A DNA stretch of 64,000 bases from assembly GCF_004010195.1 (NCBI RefSeq), contig NC_057719.1:57577023-57641022 (forward strand), written 5' to 3'. The position numbers were made by a program, and so were the translations under genes. The notes under the pieces were generated by a model that had not been told where the DNA came from, did not search any database, and worked only from the letters and a program-made list of their open reading frames with translations. This stretch comes from Chiloscyllium plagiosum. Its lineage: Eukaryota. Shown piece by piece: positions 39,270 through 52,393 of this stretch (within the stretch, counting starts at the first letter, position 1; every line of letters begins with the position of its first letter).

Positions 39270-40320
39270 GCATTTCTGCACCCTCTCACCATTTAAATAA
39301 TACACTTCTTGTTTCTGCTAACACGTACAAGTTAACATTTTCCCACACTATAGTCCCATTGCCTGATCTCATTTAGCCCATTTATATCCCTATACAGGTC
39401 CCTTATGTTCTCTTCACATTTCACTTTCCTAACTATCATTGTGCTATCAGCAGTTTAGTTCTCATACCTTTAGTCCAACCATCCAAATCATTTATATAAA
39501 TTGTAAAGAAATTGAGGGCCCAGCATTGACCCTTGTGGCATACTATTCATGAAATCCTGCCAATCTGAAAAAAATCCCATGTATTTTTACTTTTTGTTTC
39601 CTGTTAGCTAGCCAATCTTCTATCTGTGCCTTTATGTTATTTGCTCTGAACCATTAGCTTTTATTTTCCAAAGTAACTTTGATGTGACACCTTAGCAAAT
39701 CTAAGTATAATACATCGACTTGTTCCCCTTTATTTACAGCACAAGTTACTTCTCAAGGAACTCAAGTACACTGGCTCAAGATGATTTATCTTTGACAAGA
39801 CCATATTGGCTCTTCCTCATTACCTTGAACTTAGCCAAGTACCCTACTCCAAAATTCTTTAATAATAATTTCTGTCATTTTCACTGTTACAGAATTTAAG
39901 ATAATTGAATTGTAGTTTCTTGCTTTTTGTCTCCCTCCCTCTTTGAAAAAAGGAGTTACATTAGTTATTTTTAAATCTAAACAATTTTTTCCAGAATCTA
40001 ATTAGTTTTGGAAAATTGAAACTAATGCATCAACTATCTCATTGGCTACCTTCTTTTAAGATTCGAGGACGAAATCCATCAGAGCCTGAGGACTTGTCAG
40101 CATGCAGTTCCAACAATTGACTCAATACCATTTCCCTGGTGATTGTAATCTTCTGGGTTTACCCCTCCCTTCCAATTTCTGATTTATATCTGTTTCTGGA
40201 GTGTTACTTCTATCGGGGCAAAGTGAAGTCGAGCCAAAATATCTCTTCAATTCATCTGCCATCTCTCTATCCTGGGTTACTATTTCTACTGGAACAACAC
40301 TTACTTTGCTAACTCTTCCT
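39270..40320 (-). mobile_element. Old CR1 RT fragment
   Basis: DREMADELKRYFGS and a degenerate GVPQGSMLGP (+ strand gagggcccagcattgacccttgtggca). Confidence 0.7.
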
Positions 40321-41274
40321 TTGTTAAAAAAAAACAAAGGTATTGGACCCGGGAATAAAATGATGTCTTTATAAATCTAACAGAACAGCTAATATATTTC
40401 GCGTGTGTAAAAAAATCCGTACGAATGTGAAGTAAATTATTATGTCACTGGATAACTTTTCACTGGCGAGCGAAAACAAATTTAAAAAAATCATAGTAGT
40501 ATAGTAAATGGTCTCATTTGCACTCCAGAATACTGAGCTGCGCATCTTTGGAAATACTGTATAGAGTTACTTAGCACATCGCGGGTCTCCAGTTAGAAAC
40601 AAATCTAATAAAACAGCGACGCCAACTGCTCACTGTGAAAAAAAGAATCAGTCAGATGTAAACACAGTTAATCCAGTGTATGATCGCAGGCTAATAGTTT
40701 TTCAAAATAATTCAGAGGCTTTTAAAACAAAAATGCTCCCTGTTATTTCCAGAAGGAATACTGAGAAGTTATTAAATACAGTCTAGTTAATTTTACTTTC
40801 AATGTGCAGTTTACACTGATTTCATTATTTGGATATAAACAATAAGAAGTACACGAATTATGCCGCTTTACATAAAGTTGTTTGCTATTATAAACAGCAA
40901 CAAGCCAGCAAGGACGTTTTGATACAAACCGGCCGTCCACCAACTGAGCTAACTGACCCCACATGCGCAATCCTAAAAGATTTAGCAGAAACGTTTTACG
41001 AACTCATCATCGCCCTCTTCTGGAATGCACTTTTCAATGTTTCTGGGTTGCCTTCAATGTTGAATCATTGTTGCAGTTGCCGAATTACTTAAACTTTATT
41101 TATGCTGATGCAGAGAAACTATAAATAAGTAGATAAAAGCTCAATTCATCCCTAAAGACAAGATAGGTGAGACTATCTACAAGGGGTATCCAGCAGGACC
41201 ATTTGCACAACAAGCTTTACTGTCAATTAATCAAGTGGCCTACAAAGCTGACAGTTCAGCTCCCACTTGGACAT

Positions 41275-42512
41275 TGCCAAGATGGTAGCACCAGCAAGGT
41301 AGGCAGCTTCATGCTCCTTGGCCTGTCCGTACCCAGTCCAGCTGCTTCCTCCCTTCTTACCCTTTTTGTCTTCTTTCCTTTTCTGCATCTTTTTCCCGTT
41401 ATAGATTCATCGAGTCATAGAGATGGGCAACATGGAAACAGACCCTTCGGTCCAACTCGCCCACACTGACCAGATATCCCAACCCAGTCTAGTCCCACCT
41501 GCCAGCACCCATCCCATATCTCTCTAAACCCTTCCTATTCATATACCCATCTGAACGCTTTTTAAATGTTGCAATTGTACCAGCCTCCAGTACTTCCTCT
41601 GACAGCTCATTCCATACATGTACCACCCTCTGCATGAAAAAGTTGCCCCTTAGTTCTCTTTTATATCTTTCCCCTTTCACCCTAAACCTTTGCCCTCTCG
41701 TGCTGGACTCTCCCATCACAGGGAAAAGACTTTGTCTATTTATCCTATCCATGCCCCTCATGATTTTATAAACCTCTATAAGGACACCCCTCAGCCTCTG
41801 ATGCTCCAGGGAAAACAGCCCCAGCCTGTTGAACCTCTCCCTGAACCCTTTCAAGTTTCACAACATCTTTCTGATAGGAAGGAGACCAGAATTGCACGCA
41901 ATATTCCAACTGTGGCCTAACCGATGTCCTGTACAGCTGCAACATGACCTCCCAACTCCTATACTCAATGCTCTGACCAATAAAGGAAAGCATACCAAAT
42001 GCCTTCTTCATTATCCTGTTGGTGGCAACGAAGAAAGTGGCATCGCGGAGGACGGTAACTGGAGTGGGACGCTTGGCAAGGTGGCGGCCTGGCCTGGCAG
42101 CGGAGCAAGGGATTCTTGGTTGTAGTAGACCTGGAGCTGGGGACTCCTGATTATTAATGAAGAGGTGGCAGTGGCAGCAGAGCAGGGGGCCCCTGGTTGT
42201 GTCAGCGAGGCAGGCCCAGTGACGAAGAGATGGTGCCTGAAGAGTGGCGACTCTGATGTTAGATGGTCCGGCACAGGCAGTGAAGGGATAGTGACATAGG
42301 TGTCTTTGGTCAATTGGCTCAGAGCTTAACACCCATGGCAGTGGCAACGGAATGAAGATGACCTCACTTTCAGCTATAACTTTTTATTCTTTTCATTCTA
42401 AACTATTCAAAATGGTGCCTGATTGTGGTGATAGTTGAAGCTCTTCACTGTATTTACTATGTTGTTTGTTGTAGAATACTAGTGGCAATAAATCATCATT
42501 CATTCATTCATA
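41275..42512 (+). mobile_element. Non-coding, non-autonomous retroelement (~620 bp once the CR1 insert is removed)
   Basis: Starts CCAAGATGG, has a GC-rich body and ends AATAAATCATCATTCATTCATTCA; split by the CR1 at 41401-42017. Confidence 0.45.
41401..42017 (-). mobile_element. CR1/HER1-type 3' fragment with a small internal deletion
   Basis: IMKKAFGMLSFIGQSIEYRSWEVML...EYCVQFWSP, with tail. Confidence 0.92.
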
Positions 42513-42534
42513 AACCTGATTGCTTTATTGATTT

Positions 42535-42710
42535 TTTTAATTCATTCATGAGATGAAGGCGTCACTGGCTATGCAGTATTATTGCCTATCCCTAATTGTC
42601 CAGAGGGCAGTTAAGAGACAATTGCATTGCTGTACATCTGGAGTCACATGTATGCCAGACCAGGTAAGGATGGCAGTTTCCTTCCCTAAAGAGCATTAGA
42701 TGGTCAGTTT
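42535..42710 (-). mobile_element. SINE 3' part (same family as 39024-39250) with L2-like tail
   Basis: Minus strand: ctaatgctctttagggaaggaaactgccatccttacctggtctggc...aattagggataggcaataa...atgaatgaa. Confidence 0.65.
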
Positions 42711-43324
42711 TCCCTGATGCTGTGTGATCACAAAATGTCTAAGGCATTTGACCCATCATTGCTCATGCAGTCAAATAGACCCCAGCACTTTTGTGTGCCC
42801 AACTTTTTTAATTTTTAACTATTCTGGAAGTTTTGCCTCCTTTTTTCTATTGAAATATACATTGCATGCATTTATCACTCCATATGTGGACAAACTCCCT
42901 AAAACTGGATAATAATTTGGTCTCAGTAATTTGAACATGTATCCTCTCCACTTACTGCATGGAATGTTAACAGGGGAAGTTGTAAGATATAGTGTACTAT
43001 ATACAGTTACAAATTTTGAAGAAACAAAGCCACCTGTCCATGAAAAATGGGAGGCATGCAAAATAGGTGACCCACTGATTTGATTCCATGGGTCCCAACT
43101 TGTTAAAGTAAACTCTTCGTGACAGTAACTGAAACATAAACAGAGAATACTGGAGAAACGCATCAAGTTTGGTAGTAAGAATGGAAAGAAAACAAAATTA
43201 TAACCTTTTGTCAGAGTAGTTGTATTTTTATGTCATTATCTCCTCTCTAATACCTATACTACTCCTTTAAATATGTGCCTCATTGTTATTGCAGCTGTTG
43301 TAGTGGTGGGTTGAAGAAGACTTT

Positions 43325-43629
43325 TAGATTCATTTAGATTCCCTACAGTGTGGAAACAGGCCATTCAGCCCCACCAGTCTACACCGACCCACTGAAGAAT
43401 AACTCACCCAGACCTATTTCCCTCTGACTAATGCACCTGACTCTATGGGGCAATTTAGCTTCGCCAATCCACATGACCTGCACATCTTTGGATTGTGGGA
43501 GGAATCTGGAGCAAACCCAGGCAGATACAGGAAGAATGTGTAAACTCCACACATTCAATTGCCCGAGGCTGGAATCAAACTCAGGACCCGGGCTCTGTGA
43601 GACTGCAGTGCTAACCACTGAGCTACCGT
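43325..43629 (-). mobile_element. HE1-type V-SINE, near full length
   Basis: A-box tagctcagtgg, B-box gagtttgattcc, V-domain, tail cctgtttccacactgtagggaatctaa. Confidence 0.88.
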
Positions 43630-43999
43630 TCTCAAATGATTTGATCACACTTTCTCAAATACAATTTTTTATTACATCTGGTTATTTTGCACCTTCACCC
43701 TATTATTCTTTAATCAAAATCAAAAGACATTTAAATACCAAGAAGCATTATAGGCTGCAAAATTGAAAGTGTAGATTTAATAGTTATTCCTAAAATACTC
43801 ATAATCACCATTTTGCAATATCTAATGCTGGTTATTGAATCATTATCTTTAGAATATAAATAATATCAGTTTCTTGCATTAACAATTTAACTTCAACAAT
43901 GAGTTACTGTCAATATACTTAAACCTCTTGTATTATTCTGTTCTGGAATTTATTAAAGGTAATGTTGTCATCATCCCAGAGACAGACAACTGATGGTGG

Positions 44000-44122
44000 T
44001 TTAGATATTTTTAGTCAACCTGTTCAGGGATGCTATATCTCATCCCTGAAATGAGTGGGACCAGAACCAAGACTTTATGACCCAGAGGTAGAGACAATAC
44101 CACTGCACCAGAAGAGCCCTTG
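44000..44122 (-). mobile_element. ~120-bp tRNA-derived SINE-like element
   Basis: Homologous to 21045-21160 and 53515-53640. Confidence 0.55.
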
Positions 44123-44499
44123 TGATAGCTTGACCTGAGAGTTACCACACCTCAGGCAAGGGGTGAGATTGAGAAAGTGGGACCTTCATGGTAATCACAT
44201 CTAGTACAGGAATTAAACCTGTGTTGTTGGTGTCACTCTTAAGTAAGTGCTTGTACAACCATCAGTATCTATGAAACTAGCATCCATATCACTGTTTAAT
44301 ATTCATGAAACAGTACACAAAAGGTTTATTAAAGTTCAAATCAGCAAAATCAATTTCCTTGTTTTTGCTTTGTGATACATTATTCTACTTTGCAGATTAA
44401 TAAGTTTTAGGATTATAAACATAATGTTGCTTTTCAATCAATATAAAACATTTCATATTGTCTTAGATGGAGAAATATCCAAGTTTCAGATTTCAGTAA

Positions 44500-44810
44500 G
44501 TTAAAAGGCATAGTCTGTTGTGCAGATGGAAACAAGACATGGAAAGGAGAAATAGAGTGGTCAAAACTATGGCAGATGGAGTTCAATATTAGAAAGTGTG
44601 CATTCAACTACTTCACAATTTAAAGGGACAGAATATTTTCTTAATAGTAAGTGAACAGAATAGTGCAGGAACAGATGTGTCGACATGCACAAACACACTA
44701 AAAGTTAATGATCAGGCAAAAATGTAATTATAAAGGCAAATGGAATGCTGTTTCTTATCTAAAAGGATTGGAATTCAAAACAGTGGAAATTATCCTTCAG
44801 TTCACAAATT
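44500..44810 (+). mobile_element. Old CR1 RT fragment
   Basis: tggcagatggagttcaat...aaggcaaatggaatgctg (WQMEFN...KANGML). Confidence 0.6.
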
Positions 44811-44849
44811 AATAAGGAGTATACCTTCTGCAGATAATTTAAGCAACAA

Positions 44850-45250
44850 AAACAAACAATTGTACTTATAGCTTGTCTATAATCAGGAAAATGTATTAAG
44901 GAATTTCACAGGAGCTTTACCAAACAAATTTGATACTAAACCATGAAAGGAGATTTGCAGTAGCAGTGATGAAAATCTTGGTCAAAGAGTTAGATTTTAT
45001 AGAGCTTCTTAAAGAGAAGAAGAGATAAAGACAGATTTAGGAAGAGAGAATGCAAAATTTATGAGAAATTTGAACATCATAATTCAAGCAATTAAAATCA
45101 GGTACTATATGACGTCAGATCTAGAGGAGTAGTGAAATATTAGACTTGTAGGGCTGGAGGAGGTTATAGAGGTACAGAAGGTCAAGGCCAGGCAAAGCAA
45201 GAAAGAAAATATCAAAATCACAGTAAGGCCAGAAACTTTCTCAAAGATAT
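44850..45250 (-). mobile_element. Old L2-type 3' end
   Basis: Similar to 28470-28660. Confidence 0.45.
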
Positions 45251-45569
45251 GGTTGATTAACACTGAACCAATGGGTTCTAATTCATTAGCTAAGCCTGTC
45301 TATCATTTTGTCATCTTAGAATCACAAGGCAACCAAAATGAATGGAAAAATGCAGATCTGACATTCAGCTACTAGTGGGAACTGATTGATGTGCACAGTA
45401 TTCCAGGTGTGATCTAATTAGTGTGTTTATATTTTAGCATGACTTCCCAATTTTTATATACCTTTCCCTTTGAAATGCGGGCTAACAGTCCATTTGCCTT
45501 CTCTATTACCCACTGAACTTGGATGCTGACTTTTTGTGATCCATTCAAAAGCAAGATCTTTTACTTTAT

Positions 45570-47295
45570 TAGAGTCAGAGAGATGCACAGCATGGAAACA
45601 GACCCTTCGGTCCAATCCGTCCATGCTGACCAGATATCCCAACCCAATCTAGTCCGACCTGTCAGCACCCATCCCATATCCCTCCAAACCCTTCCTATTC
45701 ATATACCCATCCAATTGCCTTTTAAATATTGCAATTATAACAGCCTACACCACTTCTTCTGGCAGCTCATTCCATACATGTACTACCCTCCGTGTGAAAA
45801 GGTTGCCCCTTAGGTCTCTTTTATATCTTTTCCCTCTCACCCTAAACCAATGCCCTCTAATTCTGGACTCCCTGACCCCAGGGAAAAGACTTTGTCCATT
45901 TATCCTATCTATGCCCCTCATGATTTTGTAAACCTCTATAAGGTCACCCCTCAACATCCAATGCTCCAGGGAAAACAGCCCCAGCCTGTTCAACCTCTCT
46001 CAAATCCTCCAACTCTGGCAACATCCTTGTAAATCTTTTCTGAACCCTTTCAAGTTTCACAACATCTTTCTGATAGGAAGGAGACCAGAATTGCATGCAA
46101 TATTCCAACAGTGGCCTAACCAATGTCCTGTGACAGCCGCAACATGACCTCCCAACTCCTGTACTCAATACTCTGACCAATAAAGGAAAGTATTCCAAAC
46201 ACTTTCTTCACTATCCTATCTACCTGCAACTCCACTTTCAAGGAGCTATGAACCTCCAATCCAAGATCTCTTTGTTCAGCAACACTCCCTAAGACCCTAC
46301 CATTAAGTGTATAAGTCCTGTTAAGATTTGCTTTCCCAAAATGCAGCACCTTGCATTTATCTGAATTAAACTCCATCTGCTACTTCTCAGACCATTGGCC
46401 CATCTGGTCAAGATCCTGTTGTAATCTGAGGTAACCTTCTTCGCTGTCCACTACACCTCCAATTTTGGTGTCATCTGCAAACTTATTAACTATACATCTT
46501 ATGCTCACATCCAAATCATTTATGTAAATGACAAAAAGTAGAGGACCTAGCACCGATCCTTGTGACACACCACTGGCCACAGGTCTCCAGTCTGAAAAAC
46601 AACCCTCCACCACCACCTTCTGTCTTCTACCTTTGAGCCATTTCTATATCCAAATGGCTAATTCTCCCTGTATTCAGTGAGATCTAACCTTGCTAACCAG
46701 TCTCCCATGGGGAACCTTGTCGAACGCCTTACTGAAGTCCGTATGGGTCACATCTACCATTCTGCCCTCATCAATGTACTTTGTTACTTCTTCAAAAAAC
46801 TCAATCAAATTTGTGAGACATGATTTCCCATGCACAAATCCTGTTGACTATCCTGAATCATTCCTTGCCTTTCCAAATACATGTACATCCTGTCCCTCAG
46901 GATTCCCTCCAACAACTTGCCCACCACCGAGGTCAGGTTCACTGGTCTATAGTTCCTTGTCCTTACCACCCTTCTTAAAGGGTGGCTTGTCCTTACCACC
47001 CTTCTTAAACAGTGGCACCACGTTTGCCAACCTCCAGTCTTCCAGCACCTCACCTGTGACTATCGATGATACAAATATCTCAGCAAGCGGCCCAGCAATC
47101 ACTTCTCTAGCTTCCCACAGAGTTCTCAGGTACACCTGATCAGGTCCTGGGGATTTATCCACCTTTATGCATTTCAAGACATCCAGCACTTCCTCCACTG
47201 TAATATGGACATTTTGCAAGGTGTCTCCATCTATTTCCCTCCATTCTATATCTTCCATATCCTTTTCCACAGTAAATACTGATGCGAAATACACT
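45570..47295 (-). mobile_element. CR1/HER1-type LINE, 1.7-kb 3' portion with complete RT, frameshifted
   Basis: NYRPVNLTSVVGKLLE, SGVSQGSVLGPLLFVIYIND, KFADDTK, EYCMQFWSP, and tail. Confidence 0.95.
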
Positions 47296-47406
47296 TCAAA
47301 AAAATAGCTGGGATGATTCTGGATATTTACATGTATGGAGATCTCTGGGTGACTGTAGTGGATGAGTTACTGGGCATGGCAGCAGACTTGGGCTTCTACT
47401 GGTTCT

Positions 47407-47565
47407 AAAATAAAAACCAAAAGAACAGTGGAAGTTGCAAATCAGAAACAAAAACAGAAGATGCAGGAAAAGCTCAGCAGGTCTGCAGCATTTCGGTCCA
47501 GTGACCCTTCCTCAGAATGCTACCACACCTGCTGAGCTTTTCCAGCAACTTCTGTTTTTGTTTCT
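47407..47565. mobile_element. Fold-back Penelope-tail mini-element (third subfamily)
   Basis: Arms agaaacaaaaacagaag.tgc.ggaaaagctcagcagg / cctgctgagcttttccagcaacttctgtttttgtttct. The minus strand carries CTGAGGAagggtcactggaccGAAA. Confidence 0.7.
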
Positions 47566-47771
47566 ATTAGTTCTGTTTGGTTTTGCAATGGGCTTTCTGC
47601 TGCCATTCTGAGTAGTGGTTGTGGAAGTAACAAATGTTATCCTGAGGAGTAACTAAACCTATCACTTCAGTTGTGCTACTGTTACCACAGATTTTTTCCA
47701 AAAAATAAATATTTTGCTGAAATTTGCAAAAATACATTATGGTGTATGAAGGATATTGAAAATGTTTTGAT

Positions 47772-47918
47772 CTCCTTCCACAATCTAAAGATGTGCAGAT
47801 TAAGGTGAATTGGTCGTGCTAAATTGCCCATAGTGTAGGTTAGATGTGTTAGTCAGGGGTAAATGTAGAATAATAGGATAGGGGAATGGGTTTGGGTGGG
47901 ATACTCTTTGGAGGGTCA
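47772..47918 (+). mobile_element. HE1-type V-SINE internal fragment
   Basis: ccacaatctaaagatgtgcag...gtgaattggtcgtgctaaattgcccatagtg...gggtgggatactctttggagggtc. Confidence 0.8.
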
Positions 47919-47924
47919 CAGCCT

Positions 47925-48950
47925 GAGGGGTTTTACAGTTTCTAACCCATTTGTGTATGATGACTGAAAGGTTTTAGAAAGGTTGTTACCTACTGCACCT
48001 CTGCAGTGGCTGTATTTTTTGGTGCATTGTCCTGCATATTGGAATGTACCCATCTCCAGTACTTGGTCAAGGGCAAGTCTTTGCACCGGCAAGCTTTGGG
48101 CAGAAGAGATAGTATCTTTCACCTCATTGATTGTCCTCCAGATTGTCCTCCAGTGCGCATCCCTGAGAATATCCAGAGCTTCTTGGGGTGAACCTCAAAA
48201 ACACTGCATCTCTTTCCATACGTACTTTGCAAAGGCACATCTCACAAAAAGGTGGACAGTAGTCTCTTCCTCACCATATCTGCTTCAAGGGCAATGTATG
48301 GAGGGTTGAAACTCCTGATATGTAGGAATGATCTGACAGGAAGTACATTTTCCACCGCTAGCCAAGGTACATCTTGGTGTTTTTTCACAATGCAGGTGAT
48401 AAGGTATTCTTGACTTTGGCAATACGCTCAGGAAATCATTCAACAGGACTTGTTGTCCTTTCCAACTGGTCCTTGATGTTGCTGTATGCTGACCACTGCC
48501 TGATGGACCGGTGGTCAGAGGTGTTTATTTTGTGGAAACTTCGCTACAAAGAAAGGCCCGGTCTACCTATTTTGTGTCCTGCAGCAATGTGGCCAGACCC
48601 ATCTTCATTACAACTTAACACAGCTTAGTAACAACCTGGTGTCCACATACTAAGGGTCACACACAGAGCAGATGCAAATGCACACAAAAGGATAAGGGTA
48701 ATGTTGGGCATGCTCCCCCTTTATCTAAGAGGTTTGCACATCATGTGCCTGTGAATACATTCCACTTCATACCTCCTGATAAGCAGAAGATTGCTTGCCA
48801 TGGTGCAGGACTGAAGAACTATCCCAATAGTGCAGGTGCAGGTATTCATTGCCAATATACTAGAGGCTACATTATGGAAGAAGCCTATTCATTTAGACCA
48901 TCAACCATTTCAAGATCAGCATCTGAACCTCGAAGACAGATAGCATCCAT
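47925..48950 (-). mobile_element. L1/Tx1-clade LINE ORF2 C-terminal fragment, degenerate
   Basis: Minus strand at ~48230-48300 translates HCP*SRYGEEETTVHLFVRCAFAK (zinc-knuckle-like). ~48700-48780 gives ECIHRHMMCKPLDKGG, as in Tx1 ORF2. Confidence 0.65.
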
Positions 48951-49724
48951 TCAGAGGAGATCTATCTATTTCAGATGTAATACAAGTTTTGAGCTCAAAA
49001 TTTGTATAACACTATTTCAGCATCCACATAAGCAGCAAACCCTGTTAATAGAATCACCTGTCATATGTGTCACAACTCTGGAGGCAACTACATGCTCCAA
49101 GTAGGCTGAAAAATGCTAAACCCATGAAAGTTGAGATTGTGTCGAAATTTCTTGGCAGGACTTCCAATACCAAAAATAAGGAGATTACTTCTCATTGCAT
49201 TAGTTTTGTCATTTCTCTGTCCTGTAGGACTAATAGGGAGATCAGTTTATCAATATTAATTTAGTCATAATCACACAATGTATATTTATTGATGAATCCA
49301 ATATATTATTTCGTCTCTGTACATTTCGGTACTTTAAACCAAGTTACTCTGTTTAGCCTCATTTGACAAGAATATGTTCTTTAGAATTTTATACAGCTAC
49401 ATAATGACAAGCTGTAACCTTCTACTTGAACACACTTACATCATCTCACTTGTTCCATTTGTTTCAAAAGAAAAACTGGTGTTGTGAGTAAAAGAAGACT
49501 AGGAGGAATTTATTGTGAAAAAGAGGAAGAGTAAATAAAGTAGCAGTCCTATACATTAGATTTATTTTAATTTATAGTGTTGTAGAAAACAAGTGAGGTA
49601 ATGTTTATATAAATTTGTAACTTGCAGTCCATTAGACCATATCACTCAAAACTATGTACTGATCGAATGTATAAGGATTTTCATTACGTCATTATTTATA
49701 AACCATTTAGACCATAAACTATAA

Positions 49725-50050
49725 GACTGTAAGAACTAGGAATAGGAGTAGGCCATTCGGCCCCTCAAACCTGCTTCATCATTCACTGCGATCTTGATTG
49801 CTCTGACATTCTTCACATTCACTTTCCTGTCTTTTCCCCATAATCCTTGATTTTCCTACTGATTAAGAATCTATCTATTTCAACACACAGTCTCTATGCC
49901 AGCAGCTCTCTGAAAGGAGTGCCAAAGACTCTCAATCCACTGGGAGAAGAAATTGCTTCTATCTCAGTCTTAAATGGGCATCACTTTATTTTGAAACTAT
50001 GCCCTCTGATCCTGGACTCTTCTATTAAGGGAAATATCCTATCAACATTT
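49725..50050 (-). mobile_element. CR1 3' end (second family)
   Basis: + strand aggagtaggccattcggcccctc...ttctatctcagtcttaaatgg...ctatgccctct; reverse complement resembles 51570-51860. Confidence 0.75.
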
Positions 50051-50475
50051 ATCCTGGTACAAACAATTAGGGGCAAGGAACTTACCTGCTTTTTTCCCCA
50101 TTAGTCTAATATTATTTCTCTCGTAATGGTGGCGGCACTTAATTCGTCCCCTGCATTATGTATTTACACTGTATACTCATTCTGTATAACTTTACTACTC
50201 ACATTGTAATCTTTTATATTATACTCTGCTAACTTGTAAATTAGTTTCATATGTTTTAAAGTTTGTAGGCACTTTTCCACGATACCCTGTTTTAGAAGTG
50301 AAGATACTGGTTCACCCACAACCGCAGCAAGGTAGGCTCTGAAAACAAGCAATGATTATCTTTAATAGGTTTTTACTTAATGAGGGACATTAACAATTTA
50401 AACAAAAGCTAAGATCATAATCTCAGAATATCAGTTTCAGTGACAGAGACTCACAGAGTGATACAGCACAGAAGA

Positions 50476-51873
50476 GTCCCCGGGGCCTGATGCCTACATG
50501 CCAGGGTACTGAAGGAGGTGGCTCGAGAAATCGTGGATGCGTTGGTGATTATTATCCAGAGTTTGATAGATTCGGGATCAGTTCCTGCGGATTGGAGGGT
50601 GGCAATGTCGTACCACTTTTTAAGAAAGGTGGGAGAGAGAAAGCAGAAAATTATAGACCAGTTAGTCTGACCTCAGTGGTGGGAAAGATGCTGGAGACTA
50701 TTATAAAGGATGAAATTACGACACACCTGGATAGTAGTAACAGGATAGGTCATAGTCAGCATGGATTTATGAAGGGGAAATCATGCTTGACTAATCTTCT
50801 GGAATCTTTTGAGGATGTAACTCTGAAGATGGATGAGGGAGATCCAGTAGATGTAGTGTACCTGGACTTTCAGAAAGCTTTTGATAAAGTTCCATATAGG
50901 AGGTTAGTGAGCAAACTTAGGGCGCATGGTATTGGGGGCAAGGTACTAACTTGGATTTAAAGTTGGTTGGCTGATAGGAAACAAAGAGTAGTGATGAACG
51001 GNNNNNNNNNNNNNNNNNNNNNNNNNNNNNNNNNNNNNNNNNNNNNNNNNNNNNNNNNNNNNNNNNNNNNNNNNNNNNNNNNNNNNNNNNNNNNNNNNNN
51101 NNNNNNNNNNNNNNNNNNNNNNNNNNNNNNNNNNNNNNNNNNNNNNNNNNNNNNNNNNNNNNNNNNNAGAGATCTGGGTGTTCTTGTACACCAGTCAATG
51201 AAGGTAAGCATGTAGGTACAGCAGATAGTGAAGAAGGCTAATAGCATGCTGGCCTTCATAACAAGAGGGATTGAGTATAGAAGCAAAGAGGTTCTTCTGC
51301 AGGTGTACAGGGCCCTGGTGAGACCACACCTGGAGTACTGTGTGCAGTTCTGGTCTCCAAATTTGAAGAAAGACATTCTGCCTATTGAGGGAGTGCAGCG
51401 TAGGTTCACGAGGTCAGTTCTTGGAATGGTGAAAGACTGGAGCGACTGGGCTTGTATACCCTTGAGTTTAGAAGACTGAGAAGGGATCTGATTGAGACAT
51501 ATAAGATTATTAAAGGATTTGACACTCTGGAGGCAGAAATCATGTTTCTGCTGATGAGTGAGTGCCGAACCTGAGGACACAGCTTAAAAATACGAGGTAG
51601 ACCATTTTGGACAGAGATGAGGAGAAACTTCTTCACCCAGAGAGTGGTGGCTGTGTGGAATGCTCTGCCCCAGAGGGCAGTGGAGGCCCAGTATCTGGAT
51701 TCATTTAAGAAAGAGTTGGATAGAGCTCTCAAGGATAGCGGAATCAAGGGTTATGGCGATAAGGCAGGAACAGGATACTGATTAAGGATGATCAGCCATG
51801 ATCATATTGAATGGTGGTGCAGGCTCGAAGGGCAGAATGGCCTACTCCTGCACCTATTGTCTATTGTCTATTG
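50476..51873 (+). mobile_element. CR1 LINE (second family), RT to 3' tail, with gap and deletions
   Basis: NYRPVSLTSVVGKMLE...YLDFQKAFDKVP, LVRPHLEYCVQFWSP, tail (ctattgt)n. Confidence 0.93.
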
Positions 51874-52186
51874 AATTTGTACCAACATGGCAGCATGCAA
51901 CCCCTTTCCTGAACAAGTGAGGAAGGAAAATGTCACAAAGTAACAAAAACAGACCATAATGAAGGAGATGAGCACATGGACAAGTGGTACCTTAAAGAAC
52001 TAAACAGGAGATAGTGGAAGTGACATCAATCAATGCCCATCAATCTCAAGGACCAGTCATGGGTTGATTATGCACCTTCTTGAGTAATTTAAAAATAGGT
52101 TTTATTTCACCTAATTGGAATTAGAATTAGGCTAATTAGAATGTAATGATAATTGATCACACTGTGCTTGTAAAAAAAAGGACAAT

Positions 52187-52393
52187 AGCTGCGTGGGTTT
52201 CCTCCGGGTGCTCCGGTTTCCTCCCACAGTCCAAAGATGTGCAGGTCAGGTGAATTGGCCATGCTAAATTGCCTGTAGTGTTAGGTAAGGAGTAAATGTA
52301 GGGGAATGGATCTGGGTGGGTTGCGCTTCGGCGGATCGGTGTGGACTTGTTGGGACGAAGGGCCTGTTTCCACACTGTAAGTAATCTAATCTA
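52187..52393 (+). mobile_element. HE1-type V-SINE, 5'-truncated
   Basis: gcgtgggtttcctccgggtgctccggtttcctcccacagtccaaagatgtgcagg...gggcctgtttccacactgtaagtaatctaatcta. Confidence 0.9.
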
